Positions 9,768 to 19,077 of a stretch of DNA of 64,000 bases are shown piece after piece. Under the pieces are notes generated by a model. That model was not told where the DNA came from and made no database searches. It worked only from the letters and a program-made list of their open reading frames with translations. Within the stretch, counting starts at the first letter, position 1; the number at the start of each line of letters is the position of its first letter. Position numbers and translations under genes: made by a program. Origin of the DNA: Novosphingobium sp. (GTDB lineage: Bacteria; Pseudomonadota; Alphaproteobacteria; Sphingomonadales; Sphingomonadaceae); the NCBI GenBank assembly GCA_040004085.1, contig JBDUBN010000001.1:555-64554 (forward strand), written 5' to 3'.

Positions 9768-10678
9768 TGGACAAGGCTCAGCTCGGACTGATCGCGGGCC
9801 TTTCGGTCGCCGCATTCTCGGCCGCGACCAGCCTGCTCGTCCGAGGCATTGGCGCGCGAATCCCATCGATCACGCTCAACGCGTGGCGCTGCACGGTTGC
9901 CGCACTGATCTTCCTGCCGATCTGGTGGGTTTCGACCGGCGGGCATGTGCCCGATGCCAGATCGCTGATGTGGATTGGCCTTTCGGTCATGTTTTCGATC
10001 GTGCTGGGCGACACGAGCTTCTTCATCGCCATCAAGAAGATCGGCGTGTCGAAGGCCATGCCAATTGCCAAGACATTTCCGGCGATCACGGTGCTGATGT
10101 CGTGGCTGCTGCTCGACGAATCGCTAAGCCCGCTCAAGCTGCTTGGCGTGGCTTTTGCCGTAGCCGGAACTGCGCTGATGTCACAGCCGCCAGCCGAACC
10201 CGCGCTGGCAGCGGGGCCGGAAGGAAAACAGGCGGCCAGCTCGCGGCGCGACCACTGGATCGGAGTCGCCGTTGCGGTTGGCACCGCGTTCGCTTGGGCG
10301 ATCGGCGCGGTCGTCCTCAAGGTTTCGCTTACCTCTGCAAGCGTCACCGAAGTCAGCCTGTTCAAGACGATAATGGCTGGCTCGATGTTGTGGATCATTT
10401 CCTCGCAAGTCGATCGCGTGCCGGTAGGCGCGGTGTTGTCCAATCGCGTCAGCCTGCTGCTCGCGGTGGCGACGGGATTCACCTTGGCCGGAGCGGCATT
10501 TCTGCTCGTTTATTCTATTTCGCTCGTCGGAGCCGGAGCGGCTTCGGTTTACGCCGGCCTGGCCCCACTATTCGCAGTGCCGCTCGGGGTACTCATCTTC
10601 AAGGAACGGATGAGCCCGAGCGCGATCGTCGGTTGCTTTCTGGCGGTCGCTGGGATCATCTGCGTCTCGATGGGCTAA
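9767..10678 (+). CDS. DMT/EamA-family transporter
   Basis: About 10 hydrophobic segments in two EamA repeats (LLLDES, LIFKERMS); ATG overlaps the SDR stop (TGATG). Confidence 0.85.
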   Translation: MDKAQLGLIAGLSVAAFSAATSLLVRGIGARIPSITLNAWRCTVAALIFLPIWWVSTGGHVPDARSLMWIGLSVMFSIVLGDTSFFIAIKKIGVSKAMPIAKTFPAITVLMSWLLLDESLSPLKLLGVAFAVAGTALMSQPPAEPALAAGPEGKQAASSRRDHWIGVAVAVGTAFAWAIGAVVLKVSLTSASVTEVSLFKTIMAGSMLWIISSQVDRVPVGAVLSNRVSLLLAVATGFTLAGAAFLLVYSISLVGAGAASVYAGLAPLFAVPLGVLIFKERMSPSAIVGCFLAVAGIICVSMG

Positions 10679-10730
10679 GCGCGGCGGGGTGGCACGCGGC
10701 GCATCCAGGAGCTTTGCAGGAGTAACCTCG

Positions 10731-12287
10731 ATGGCCCAGCAGTACGACGCAGTGGTCCTTGGCTCGGGTGCAGCCGGACTGACCGCGGCGCTGACGCTGC
10801 ACAGCCGCGGTGCCGCTGTCGCCCTCATCGAAGCTGACGAGGTCCTGGGTGGAACCTCGGCGATAGGCGGGGGCAACTTGTGGATTCCGGGCAACGCCGC
10901 GATGGCGCGTGCAGGCCATGTCGACGAGCCTGCGAGCGCACTTGCTTATCTGCGCCGGGTAAGCGGGCCGGGGCCTCGTTCCGCCAACGCCCGAGCCTTT
11001 GTCGACATCGGCGCAAGGCTCGTCGATTTCGTCGAAAGCCACAGCGCGTTGCGGTTCGGCTCGATCCCCAGGCACGACTATCACCCAACATGGGCAGGAG
11101 CCGGTTTCGGGCGGAGCCTCGAACCCGATCCGTTTGCCGCTGGCCAGCTGCTGTCAGACCGCGCCGCATGGTTCCGCACAAACCCGACCCGCGCTCCGCT
11201 GACTTATGTGGAGTATCGCCAATCTATTGATACCGAACTGGTTGCCTGGCGTCGCAGTCAGGATGTCAGGACGCAGGGCGCGGCGCTCGTCGCGGGTCTT
11301 GGCCACGCATGCCTGACTAGTGGGGTCGACGTGATAAAGGGTAGTCCGGTGATCGCGGCGACGCGCCGTGCCGACGGAGATTACTCCGTTGAACTCGCCG
11401 ATGAGCGGACCTTGCGAACACCGGCGCTGGTGATCGCAACCGGCGGCTTTGCCGGTTCAAGGCGATTGCGCCGTGCATTTTTGCCTTCGGTCGAATTCGA
11501 GGTCCTCTCTGCGGGACGGGGCCAGGGCGACGGGCTGCGGTTCGGTCTCGATTGCGGTGCGGCACTGTTCGGGATCGGCGATGGCTGGCTGGGTGCGACG
11601 CATTCGCCGGGCGATGGCCGACCTACATCGCTGGTCGTGCGCGAACTCGCACTTCCCGGCTCCATGCTGGTAAACGCCGACGGGCGGCGTTTCGTCAACG
11701 AGGCGTTGGGCTATAATGACGTCGGCAAGGGTATGTTGGCCTTCGATCCCGCGCGGGGCAGCTATCACTGCGCCAACGCCTGGCTGGTGTTCGACGCGGC
11801 GTTCCGGGCGAAGCATGCCGTATTGGGGGTTTCGCCAGATGGCTCGCCTCCCACATCCTGGAAGCAGGCTGGCGATTTGACCGGGTTATCGCGGGATATG
11901 GCATTGCCGCCGGGTGAGTTGGAGCGAGCGGTCGAGCGCATGAACGAGGCAGCGCAATCCGGCATCGATCGGGAGTTCAATCGCGGCGGCGACCAGCATC
12001 AGCGCTTCAATGGAGATTCAGGGCACCTCCCCAATCCATGCCTGGGAAGCCTAAGCACGCCGCCGTTTTTCGCAGCACCAATCAGACCCGGCCTGTGCAA
12101 TACCAAAGGAGGCCTCGACGTCGATTCGCGGGCGAGGGTGCTGAATCGGCAAGGTAATCCGATCCCCGGACTCTACGCTGTCGGTGACGTCGCTGCCACC
12201 ATAATGGGATACGGTTACGCTGGGGCCGGGGCATCCCTCGGACCGGCAATGACCTTTGGAATGTTAGCCGCGGAGTCGATTACTTAA
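10731..12287 (+). CDS. FAD-dependent oxidoreductase, 3-ketosteroid-delta1-dehydrogenase-like (FAD_binding_2)
   Basis: GSGAAG dinucleotide fold, GGTSAIGGGNLWIP, GRRFVNEA, TKGGL, IPGLYAVG, YAGAGASLGPAMTFG. Confidence 0.8.
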   Translation: MAQQYDAVVLGSGAAGLTAALTLHSRGAAVALIEADEVLGGTSAIGGGNLWIPGNAAMARAGHVDEPASALAYLRRVSGPGPRSANARAFVDIGARLVDFVESHSALRFGSIPRHDYHPTWAGAGFGRSLEPDPFAAGQLLSDRAAWFRTNPTRAPLTYVEYRQSIDTELVAWRRSQDVRTQGAALVAGLGHACLTSGVDVIKGSPVIAATRRADGDYSVELADERTLRTPALVIATGGFAGSRRLRRAFLPSVEFEVLSAGRGQGDGLRFGLDCGAALFGIGDGWLGATHSPGDGRPTSLVVRELALPGSMLVNADGRRFVNEALGYNDVGKGMLAFDPARGSYHCANAWLVFDAAFRAKHAVLGVSPDGSPPTSWKQAGDLTGLSRDMALPPGELERAVERMNEAAQSGIDREFNRGGDQHQRFNGDSGHLPNPCLGSLSTPPFFAAPIRPGLCNTKGGLDVDSRARVLNRQGNPIPGLYAVGDVAATIMGYGYAGAGASLGPAMTFGMLAAESIT

Positions 12288-12436
12288 AGTGACCCTATCG
12301 ACTGCGTTAACGAACGGCGGGTTTCGACGCTTCGATCTCAGGACCCTAAGGTCGGCTTTCTTGGCGACAGCCGCCGCGTTGGCCTTCGCTGTCTTTATAA
12401 TATAGCCTCTCAAAAATCGAGGAGGAGGAGGAACTT

Positions 12437-13009
12437 ATGCGTGGACTAATTGCCGTCGGTTTGACCGGCGTCGCGCTCATTTCTTTGTCGGCGTGCAACA
12501 AGCCGACCACATCATCAAGCAGTGCGGGGGAAGTTGCACCCAGCACGCCTCCGGCAGGACCCATGTCGCTGACGGATCTGCCTCACCACAAGGCAGGGCT
12601 CTGGCGCAATACAATGACCATCGAGGGAATGCAGCAGCCAATGCCCGTCACCGAGATGTGCATGGACGCCGCGAGCGAGGCAAAGATGTCGGTGTTGACC
12701 AAGACCTTGCGCGACCGTCGATGCGCCTCGGAGTCGCTGAGCCGCAATCTGGACGGCTCCATGAGTTTCAAGTCCACCTGCGACATGGGCGCGGGCGGCC
12801 ATAAGGAGTCCACCGGGACAATTGTCGGCGACATGACCACGAATTACAAAATGTCGCTGGACTCCAAGACCACCGGCGCGGCCTCCCTCGGCATGAACGG
12901 CGAGACCAAGATGACGATCGCCTCCGTGTGGTTAGGGCCGTGCGCAGCCGGACAAAAGGGCGGCGATGTGATCATGCCGGGCGGGAAGGTCGTCAACATG
13001 GGGCAATAG
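12437..13009 (+). CDS. Lipoprotein, DUF3617-like
   Basis: Lipobox LSAC, strong SD GAGGAGG, KAGLWR...MC...C...C and C-terminal WLGPC pattern. Confidence 0.7.
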   Translation: MRGLIAVGLTGVALISLSACNKPTTSSSSAGEVAPSTPPAGPMSLTDLPHHKAGLWRNTMTIEGMQQPMPVTEMCMDAASEAKMSVLTKTLRDRRCASESLSRNLDGSMSFKSTCDMGAGGHKESTGTIVGDMTTNYKMSLDSKTTGAASLGMNGETKMTIASVWLGPCAAGQKGGDVIMPGGKVVNMGQ

Positions 13010-13254
13010 AGGCCCGGGCAGCGACCGATGCTGCAAGAATATGCCCCAAAGGACCTGCGCCACAGAACGAGCGGCAGGAATCAAGAAGCGGTTCCGGGTG
13101 TGTGAATGGCGAGAATCAGGGTGGAAGCGGCCCGCCAGTTGAGGTGGATATAGACGGCTGAAATGACCACACGCCCTAATTCGAAGGCCAGTCCTTGCCT
13201 AAAATCTGAGGCCACTATGGCCTTTTCCGCATCATCATTGATATGCAAGGGTCC

Positions 13255-16218
13255 ATGCGAATCCTCACCTATCAGGACCTCGGCTCCCACCGCTTGCAAA
13301 AGGCCATCGGCAGGGTCCGGTCGGCGATCGCTGCCGGAGATTTTCGGGCCGCCGCGCTCAAGAAGTTGGCACCCACGCCTTATTGGCGGGCAAAGCTCGA
13401 CGACAAGAGCCGGTTGCTCATGCAGTTTGTCCGGCACGGTGGCGAGACCGTCTGTCTGTTTCTCGAAATCATCGACAATCATGCCTACGACAAGTCGCGG
13501 TTCCTGCGCGGTGCACGGATCGATCCCGACAAGATCGAGCAGGCGCCCGATGTCACCGCCGCTGACGTGTTGGCGCCCGATGTGGTCATGCCCGGCGCCC
13601 ATCCCTCCCGACTGACATGGCTTCATCCGACCCGCGATCAGTTTGTCCTACTGGACAAGCCGATCATGTTCGATGACGTCCAGGAAGCAGTGCGGCTGCG
13701 GCCGGCGCCACTGGTGCTGCTGGGGCCGGCGGGGTCTGGCAAGACCGCAGTCACGCTGACCAAGCTGCGCGAGGCCAGCGGGCGGGTGCTCTATGTCACC
13801 CAATCGGCCTATCTCGCCCAGTCGGCGCGCGGGCTCTATGGCGCGCATGGCTATGAGAACGATGGCCAGGAGGTGGAATTCCTGAGCTATCGCGAGTTTC
13901 TCGAGACCATCAGGGTGCCGATCGGAACCGAAGTCCGCTTCGCCGATTTCGAGCCCTGGTTCCATCGCCACCACACCGCTTTGCGCGGCGACGTGCAGGG
14001 GACCGACGCTTTTGCCTTGTTCGAGGAGTTCCGCGGCGTGCTCGGCGCCAGACCGGATGCGCCACTCAGCCTCGACGACTACCAAGCCCTCGGCGTCCGC
14101 CAGTCTTTATTCCCAACCGGGGGGGCGCGGGCCGTCATCCATGGGCTGTTTGGCCGTTATGTGGCCTGGTTGAACGAGAGCGGGCGCTATGATCTCAATC
14201 TCGTCGCGCATGCGTGGCGGCCGCTTGCCGAGCCAGCTTACGATTTCGTGGTGATCGACGAGGTCCAGGACTTCACCAACGCCCAGCTCGCCTTGATTCT
14301 TGCCACGCTGAAAAACCGAAAGCACTTTCTACTGTGCGGCGATGCCCATCAGATCGTGCATCCCAATTTCTTTTCGTGGGCGGCGGTGCGCGCGTTGTTC
14401 TGGCAAGGCGCCACCGGCGAGGATGTCGGATCAGGTCAGATCTCGGTGCTGCGGGCCAATTTCCGGAACACCCGATCGGTAACCGACATCGCCAATCGCC
14501 TGTTGCGCATCAAACAGGCACGCTTCGGTTCGATCGACCGCGAAAGCAGTTTCCTGGTCGACTGCGCCTCAAGCGAGGCCGGATCGGTGCAATTGCTGGC
14601 AGCAAAGGACTCGACCCTGCGCGATCTCGATGCGCGGTCGCGGGCGTCGGTACAGTATGCGGTCATCGTCCTGCGCGACGAAGACAAGGCGGCGGCGCGC
14701 GAGCGTTTCCGCACGCCGCTGATATTTTCGGTCCACGAGGTCAAGGGCCTCGAATATCCGCACGTCATCCTGTTCAATCTGATCTCAGGCGCCAGAGCGG
14801 ATTATGCCGAAATTTGCCGCGACGTCAGCCCCGCCGATCTCACCAGGGACAATCTGGAATATCGCCGGGCGCGCGACAAGACCGACAAGTCGCTGGAAAT
14901 CTACAAATTCTACGTCAACGCCCTCTATGTCGCGATGACCCGCGCGGTCGAGACCTTGGTTCTGGCGGAAACGGACATCCGCCATCCGTTGCTGTCGCTG
15001 CTCAACCTCAAGGAGGACGCGAGCGGCCTCGCCGGCGCAACCCAGACATCGACCAAACAGGAATGGGCGCTGGAAGCGCGCAAGCTGGAATTGCAGGGCA
15101 AGCAGGAACAGGCTCGCTCGATCCGCGAAACCTTTTTCAAGTTCAAGCCGACGCCATGGCAGCCTTGGTCGGAGGCCGCTATCCGCGCATCCGAGGCCCG
15201 CGCGCTCAATCCGAAAGACCCCTCGACGAAGCTCAAGCAGGCCTTGATGGATTATGGGCTGTGGCACAGCCAGCCGAAGTTCATCGAGGATCTGGCCGAC
15301 CAGGCGCGTTTTTACGCTGCCACCGCGATTTCGAGCCGTGGTGTGGTCGAAAATCACTCCGGTCACCTTTCCTTTTTGGGTCGCCTCGATCACCTGAACC
15401 GCCGCCACGACCGCGAAAATCCCGTTGCCAAGGCGATGAAGGCGCAAGCGGGCCGGCTTTTACGGCCTTATTCGGAACGCGCGTTCAAGCCGGTGCTGGC
15501 CGAGTGCGATCTTTACGGCGTCGATCACCGCGTTCCTTGTGGTGCGACTCCGCTGATGATGGCCGCGCGCGCCGGCAATCTGGCGCTGGCCGAGGCGCTT
15601 ATCGAGCGCGGTTCGGATCTTACTGCAACCGACGAATATGGCCACACCGCCTGGATGGTCGCCTTATGCCGAGCGGTGGCGGAGCCGGACTTCGCCGAAC
15701 AAAGCCTTGGCCTGCTCTTCGACGTTCTGGCTCCAGCCACGCTCGATGTTCAAACTGGGGGCCGGTTGGTCAAGCTCGAGCGCCATCAGGGCGAATATTG
15801 GCTGTTGAGCCTGATGCTGGCCAGTCTCAAGATCCAGGGCAGCGCGATGATCGACCGCAACTATCGAAGCTATCAGTATTCCCGGGGATTCTTTGCTGAC
15901 AGCTTCATGGATACACTGGTTGTACTGCCCGAACATCTCTGGCGCGCATCCCGCCGCAAACGCACCTATGTCAACGCGGTTTTGGCGCGCGCCGAAGTGG
16001 CCAGCAGCTATCGACCTGCCCGCAAACTCTGGGAGCGCTGGGGCAATGGCTATTATATGCCGGCCCGCGACATGCATCTTCGCCGCCGGAATGCGGAAGG
16101 GGACGATGTTTGGGTGCCGATCACCGAGGCGCTGAACCTGCTCTGGGTGATCCGCGGTACGCGTCCCTTGCCCGGTTCGCTCCTGACAGCGACGACTGAC
16201 GGGTCGGTGTATTTCTGA
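13255..16218 (+). CDS. SF1 (UvrD-like) helicase with N-terminal RelE/ParE-like domain and C-terminal ankyrin repeat(s)
   Basis: Walker A GPAGSGKT, DEVQD, GDAHQ, NFRNT, HEVKGLE, YVAMTRA; ankyrin TPLMMAARAGNLALAEALIERGSDLTATDEYGHTA; N-terminal YWRAKLDDKSRLL...IIDNHAY. Confidence 0.8.
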   Translation: MRILTYQDLGSHRLQKAIGRVRSAIAAGDFRAAALKKLAPTPYWRAKLDDKSRLLMQFVRHGGETVCLFLEIIDNHAYDKSRFLRGARIDPDKIEQAPDVTAADVLAPDVVMPGAHPSRLTWLHPTRDQFVLLDKPIMFDDVQEAVRLRPAPLVLLGPAGSGKTAVTLTKLREASGRVLYVTQSAYLAQSARGLYGAHGYENDGQEVEFLSYREFLETIRVPIGTEVRFADFEPWFHRHHTALRGDVQGTDAFALFEEFRGVLGARPDAPLSLDDYQALGVRQSLFPTGGARAVIHGLFGRYVAWLNESGRYDLNLVAHAWRPLAEPAYDFVVIDEVQDFTNAQLALILATLKNRKHFLLCGDAHQIVHPNFFSWAAVRALFWQGATGEDVGSGQISVLRANFRNTRSVTDIANRLLRIKQARFGSIDRESSFLVDCASSEAGSVQLLAAKDSTLRDLDARSRASVQYAVIVLRDEDKAAARERFRTPLIFSVHEVKGLEYPHVILFNLISGARADYAEICRDVSPADLTRDNLEYRRARDKTDKSLEIYKFYVNALYVAMTRAVETLVLAETDIRHPLLSLLNLKEDASGLAGATQTSTKQEWALEARKLELQGKQEQARSIRETFFKFKPTPWQPWSEAAIRASEARALNPKDPSTKLKQALMDYGLWHSQPKFIEDLADQARFYAATAISSRGVVENHSGHLSFLGRLDHLNRRHDRENPVAKAMKAQAGRLLRPYSERAFKPVLAECDLYGVDHRVPCGATPLMMAARAGNLALAEALIERGSDLTATDEYGHTAWMVALCRAVAEPDFAEQSLGLLFDVLAPATLDVQTGGRLVKLERHQGEYWLLSLMLASLKIQGSAMIDRNYRSYQYSRGFFADSFMDTLVVLPEHLWRASRRKRTYVNAVLARAEVASSYRPARKLWERWGNGYYMPARDMHLRRRNAEGDDVWVPITEALNLLWVIRGTRPLPGSLLTATTDGSVYF

Positions 16219-16476
16219 TATGAACGACTGGCTGGTATCAAGTCGATGATTCCGGGGCCTGTATGGCAACTCTGTTGGCGTGAGCAGCCATTGCCCCCCC
16301 TGTATGAAAATGCATGTTTTCGAATACCGTGGCTGGAGCATTTCATAATTGGCAAACCCGCTCGAATTGAAGAAAGCAGCGGAAACTCGGAGTGCGCGGT
16401 TTCGCGCGGACGCTTAGCGTATATCTGCGCCATCTCTATATGTACCTCCGGATAAAGTTACACTCACCCACGCCTG

Positions 16477-17160
16477 TCAGGTGTTCAGCAGCTTCTTTTC
16501 GTAAACGGTGCTGATCGCGCCGCCATCCCAGACATAGCAGAGATGGCGCTCCTGACGGCAGTTGGATAAAAGACGCGGGCGAAATACCGCCGCGCATTCG
16601 CCTCCATCATGGCGCACACTCTGATAAGCGATCCCATCGGAGCCTGCCTCGCGCAGCTCGCGCGCGGTTTCTTGCGACATGCCATAGCTGGAGAGATGAT
16701 AGAGCGCCGGATGGCTTGCCCGCATTTCACGAATGTCATGCAACGCAGCGTCGAGATCGACCGCATAGACCCGCATATCGACTTCCTGCGGCGGCTCATC
16801 GGTCGCGCTCAAGAAAAGCATCCGGTGGTGTCGCGTCTCGGCGACCGCCGTGTCCAGCGTCAGGCTGGCGTAAAATACGCCATAGCTGCCGTCGGTGAAG
16901 CGATCACCTTGCGGATTGAGATGAGTGAACGCCGCCATGATCGCGGATGTGCCCGGCCCTGATATGCGATCTTCGGGGGCAACAAGGGAGAGCTCTCCGG
17001 CTTCTTCGCGCAGCCGGTCATTGGTCATCGCCTCGATCTGGAACACTGCCTCCAGATCGGCAGGATCAGCGACCGTCTCGAACAATGAGATCGGCGGGAA
17101 ACGACTGGGAATGATCCGATAACAGGGCGTCCAGTGAACTGCGGCAACAGGAATATCCAC
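16477..17160 (-). CDS. RES-domain toxin (NAD+ phosphorylase/ADP-ribosyltransferase-like)
   Basis: YRIIPSR (R), RFTDGSYGVFYAS...TAVAET (E), GIAYQSVRH (S). Confidence 0.9.
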   Translation of the reverse strand: MDIPVAAVHWTPCYRIIPSRFPPISLFETVADPADLEAVFQIEAMTNDRLREEAGELSLVAPEDRISGPGTSAIMAAFTHLNPQGDRFTDGSYGVFYASLTLDTAVAETRHHRMLFLSATDEPPQEVDMRVYAVDLDAALHDIREMRASHPALYHLSSYGMSQETARELREAGSDGIAYQSVRHDGGECAAVFRPRLLSNCRQERHLCYVWDGGAISTVYEKKLLNT

Positions 17161-17162
17161 GA

Positions 17163-17549
17163 TCAGCCGCGCTGACCATCAACGTATTGGCGCACGACAT
17201 AAAGGTCAGCGACATTACCGGACATCATCCGGTCCAGTGCGGAATTTCCGGCGAAAGGCCGCGCCTTGTTCGGCTTACGCACCCATTCATCCGCCGTTTT
17301 CGGAACGAGGATGTGCAGGCCTTTGTATATGCCCATTACATAGGAAATACGCTCCAGCGCATCCTTGGGGAGCGCTGCGATCGCACCGCGTTTCCATGAC
17401 TGAAAGGTTGACCGGCTTTCAAGGCCCAACAGGCGCATCTGCTCCTGCTCCTTCAATCCCCACGCATCTGCAATCCGGAAAAATGTCCGTAATGCCGGAC
17501 CCGTCAGATCCTTACGATCCAGCGCCGGCGCGGCGGTTGCTGTTGCCAT
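17163..17549 (-). CDS. Xre/MbcA/ParS-family antitoxin
   Basis: N-terminal HTH (FFRIADAWGL...TFQSWK); C-terminal EWVRKPN...F.G.SALDRM...VRQYVDGQRG; directly upstream of the RES toxin. Confidence 0.9.
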   Translation of the reverse strand: MATATAAPALDRKDLTGPALRTFFRIADAWGLKEQEQMRLLGLESRSTFQSWKRGAIAALPKDALERISYVMGIYKGLHILVPKTADEWVRKPNKARPFAGNSALDRMMSGNVADLYVVRQYVDGQRG

Positions 17550-17572
17550 AGCATCACGTCCTTTCATGCTCC

Positions 17573-17601
17573 GATATGTGCATATTCTGCCAATATGTCA
17601 A
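17573..17601 (-). promoter_or_regulatory. sigma70-type promoter of the xre-res operon with an overlapping palindrome
   Basis: TTGACA on the minus strand at 17601-17596; ATATG-TG-CATAT palindrome at 17574-17585 over the -10 region. Confidence 0.5.
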
Positions 17602-17761
17602 GCTATCGTATAAATCTGAACATGATTGGTCGCAGATTCAATATTTAATGCTTCTGCTTGTGTCATGTTCATCTTTGTTCTATTGGCTATATTTGAACAA
17701 GGGACAGACTGCTTGGTGGGCGTCGTGATGCGCCAGGGTGGAGAGACCCAATGGAGAGCGC

Positions 17762-18415
17762 ATGAGCCTAACTCTCGGAGCCGTAATGGCCCTGTCGCAG
17801 CAATGCGCGCCGGGGATCGCCCTTGAGGCGATAGTGCCGCAGGTTCATGTCGAATCGCATTTCAACGAGCTGGCAATAGGCGTGAACAATGGGCCGAAAG
17901 TCCATGCACGTTCGCTGGCTGAGGCGGTTATGCTCGCGACCCACTATATTCAAGCGGGTTACAGCGTCGATCTCGGGCTTGCCCAGATCAATTCCAAAAA
18001 TCTTCGGCGGCTCGGTCTTACGGTCGAGCAGACGTTCGATGCCTGCGCGTCGCTGCGCGCGGCTTCCGTCGTGCTGGCCGAGAATTACAGCCAGGTCAGC
18101 ACGAGCCGGGCGGGCGTCGATGCGATTAACGCGACTTGGAGCCTCTACAACAGCGGCTCGACCACGCGCGGCATACGCAACGGCTATGTGGGCAAAGTAT
18201 GGACCACAGCAGCCGATCTGATCCCGCAGATGCGAGCAATCCTCGGCACCGGCCAACTTCCTCAACTCAGCTCCGAGCCTGGCGATGCTTCGCCGCAAGT
18301 TGCTCCACCTGATCCGCAAGGGGCGGCTTCGGCCCCTCTGCCATCGCCGCAACCACAACCGCGCTGGATCTACGGCACACCAAACACCGACGCCATCATG
18401 TTCAAAGGCCAATGA
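17762..18415 (+). CDS. virB1: VirB1 lytic transglycosylase
   Basis: QCAP, HVES catalytic motif, SVDLGLAQINS, SLYNSG. Confidence 0.9.
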   Translation: MSLTLGAVMALSQQCAPGIALEAIVPQVHVESHFNELAIGVNNGPKVHARSLAEAVMLATHYIQAGYSVDLGLAQINSKNLRRLGLTVEQTFDACASLRAASVVLAENYSQVSTSRAGVDAINATWSLYNSGSTTRGIRNGYVGKVWTTAADLIPQMRAILGTGQLPQLSSEPGDASPQVAPPDPQGAASAPLPSPQPQPRWIYGTPNTDAIMFKGQ

Positions 18416-18427
18416 AGAGAGGGAAAT

Positions 18428-18727
18428 ATGCAACATCAAAGTAGGAATCCTGAAGGGCGAAATGTCCTGATCGCGTGTGTGGCAATCACCGCCCTCGCCA
18501 TACCTTCGGTCGCGATGGCCGATCCGACCAACATCACGAGCGGTCTTACGAGCATCGAAACCTGGCTGATCTCGGCTGCGAAGATCATCGCGGTCATCGC
18601 CTTCATCGGGTGCGGCCTCGTCAAGATGGTGGGCCGGATGAACTGGGGTCACTTTTTCTCGGTGATGACGGGATGCGCCATCGTGTTCGGCGCCGCCCAG
18701 CTTGCCGACTGGATGCAGACCGGATGA
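18428..18727 (+). CDS. virB2: VirB2 pilin
   Basis: Signal peptide ending AMA, two TM segments, IVFGAAQL. Confidence 0.85.
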   Translation: MQHQSRNPEGRNVLIACVAITALAIPSVAMADPTNITSGLTSIETWLISAAKIIAVIAFIGCGLVKMVGRMNWGHFFSVMTGCAIVFGAAQLADWMQTG

Positions 18728-19077
18728 GCGCCGACGGCAAGGACAGCTTGATGCTGGCAATGACACGGCCCCCCGTGTTCGCCGGCATACCAATGGGAGC
18801 GTTCGCAAGTGTCCTGTCGGCCGGGATGCTGGTGTTCGCGGCAACGAACAATTTCCTCTGGGGCATTGCCGTTGCCGGACCGCTTTACCTCATCAGCCGC
18901 GTGGTCGTGCTCTACGACATCAACGCATTCAACCTCGTCGGACTGTGGCTTCGGACCCGGTTCAAACAGAGCATTTTTGTGACCAACCGGCGGTATTGGG
19001 GCGGCAATAGCTACTCGCCCACCGCCATCCATCTTGCCAAACGCGAAGGCTTCGGACGTGTGGAAGCGGCAGAGTAA
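18724..19077 (+). CDS. virB3: VirB3
   Basis: AMTRPPVFAGIP and WGGNSYSP motifs. Confidence 0.9.
   Translation: MSADGKDSLMLAMTRPPVFAGIPMGAFASVLSAGMLVFAATNNFLWGIAVAGPLYLISRVVVLYDINAFNLVGLWLRTRFKQSIFVTNRRYWGGNSYSPTAIHLAKREGFGRVEAAE

Noticed and set aside
14214-15899. 561 aa alternate-frame ORF inside the helicase
   Set aside because: Arg/Pro/Gly-rich off-frame translation with no domain signal.
17667-17680. Possible alphaproteobacterial LexA box upstream of virB1
   Set aside because: Spacing is GTTC-N6-GTTC, not the canonical N7.
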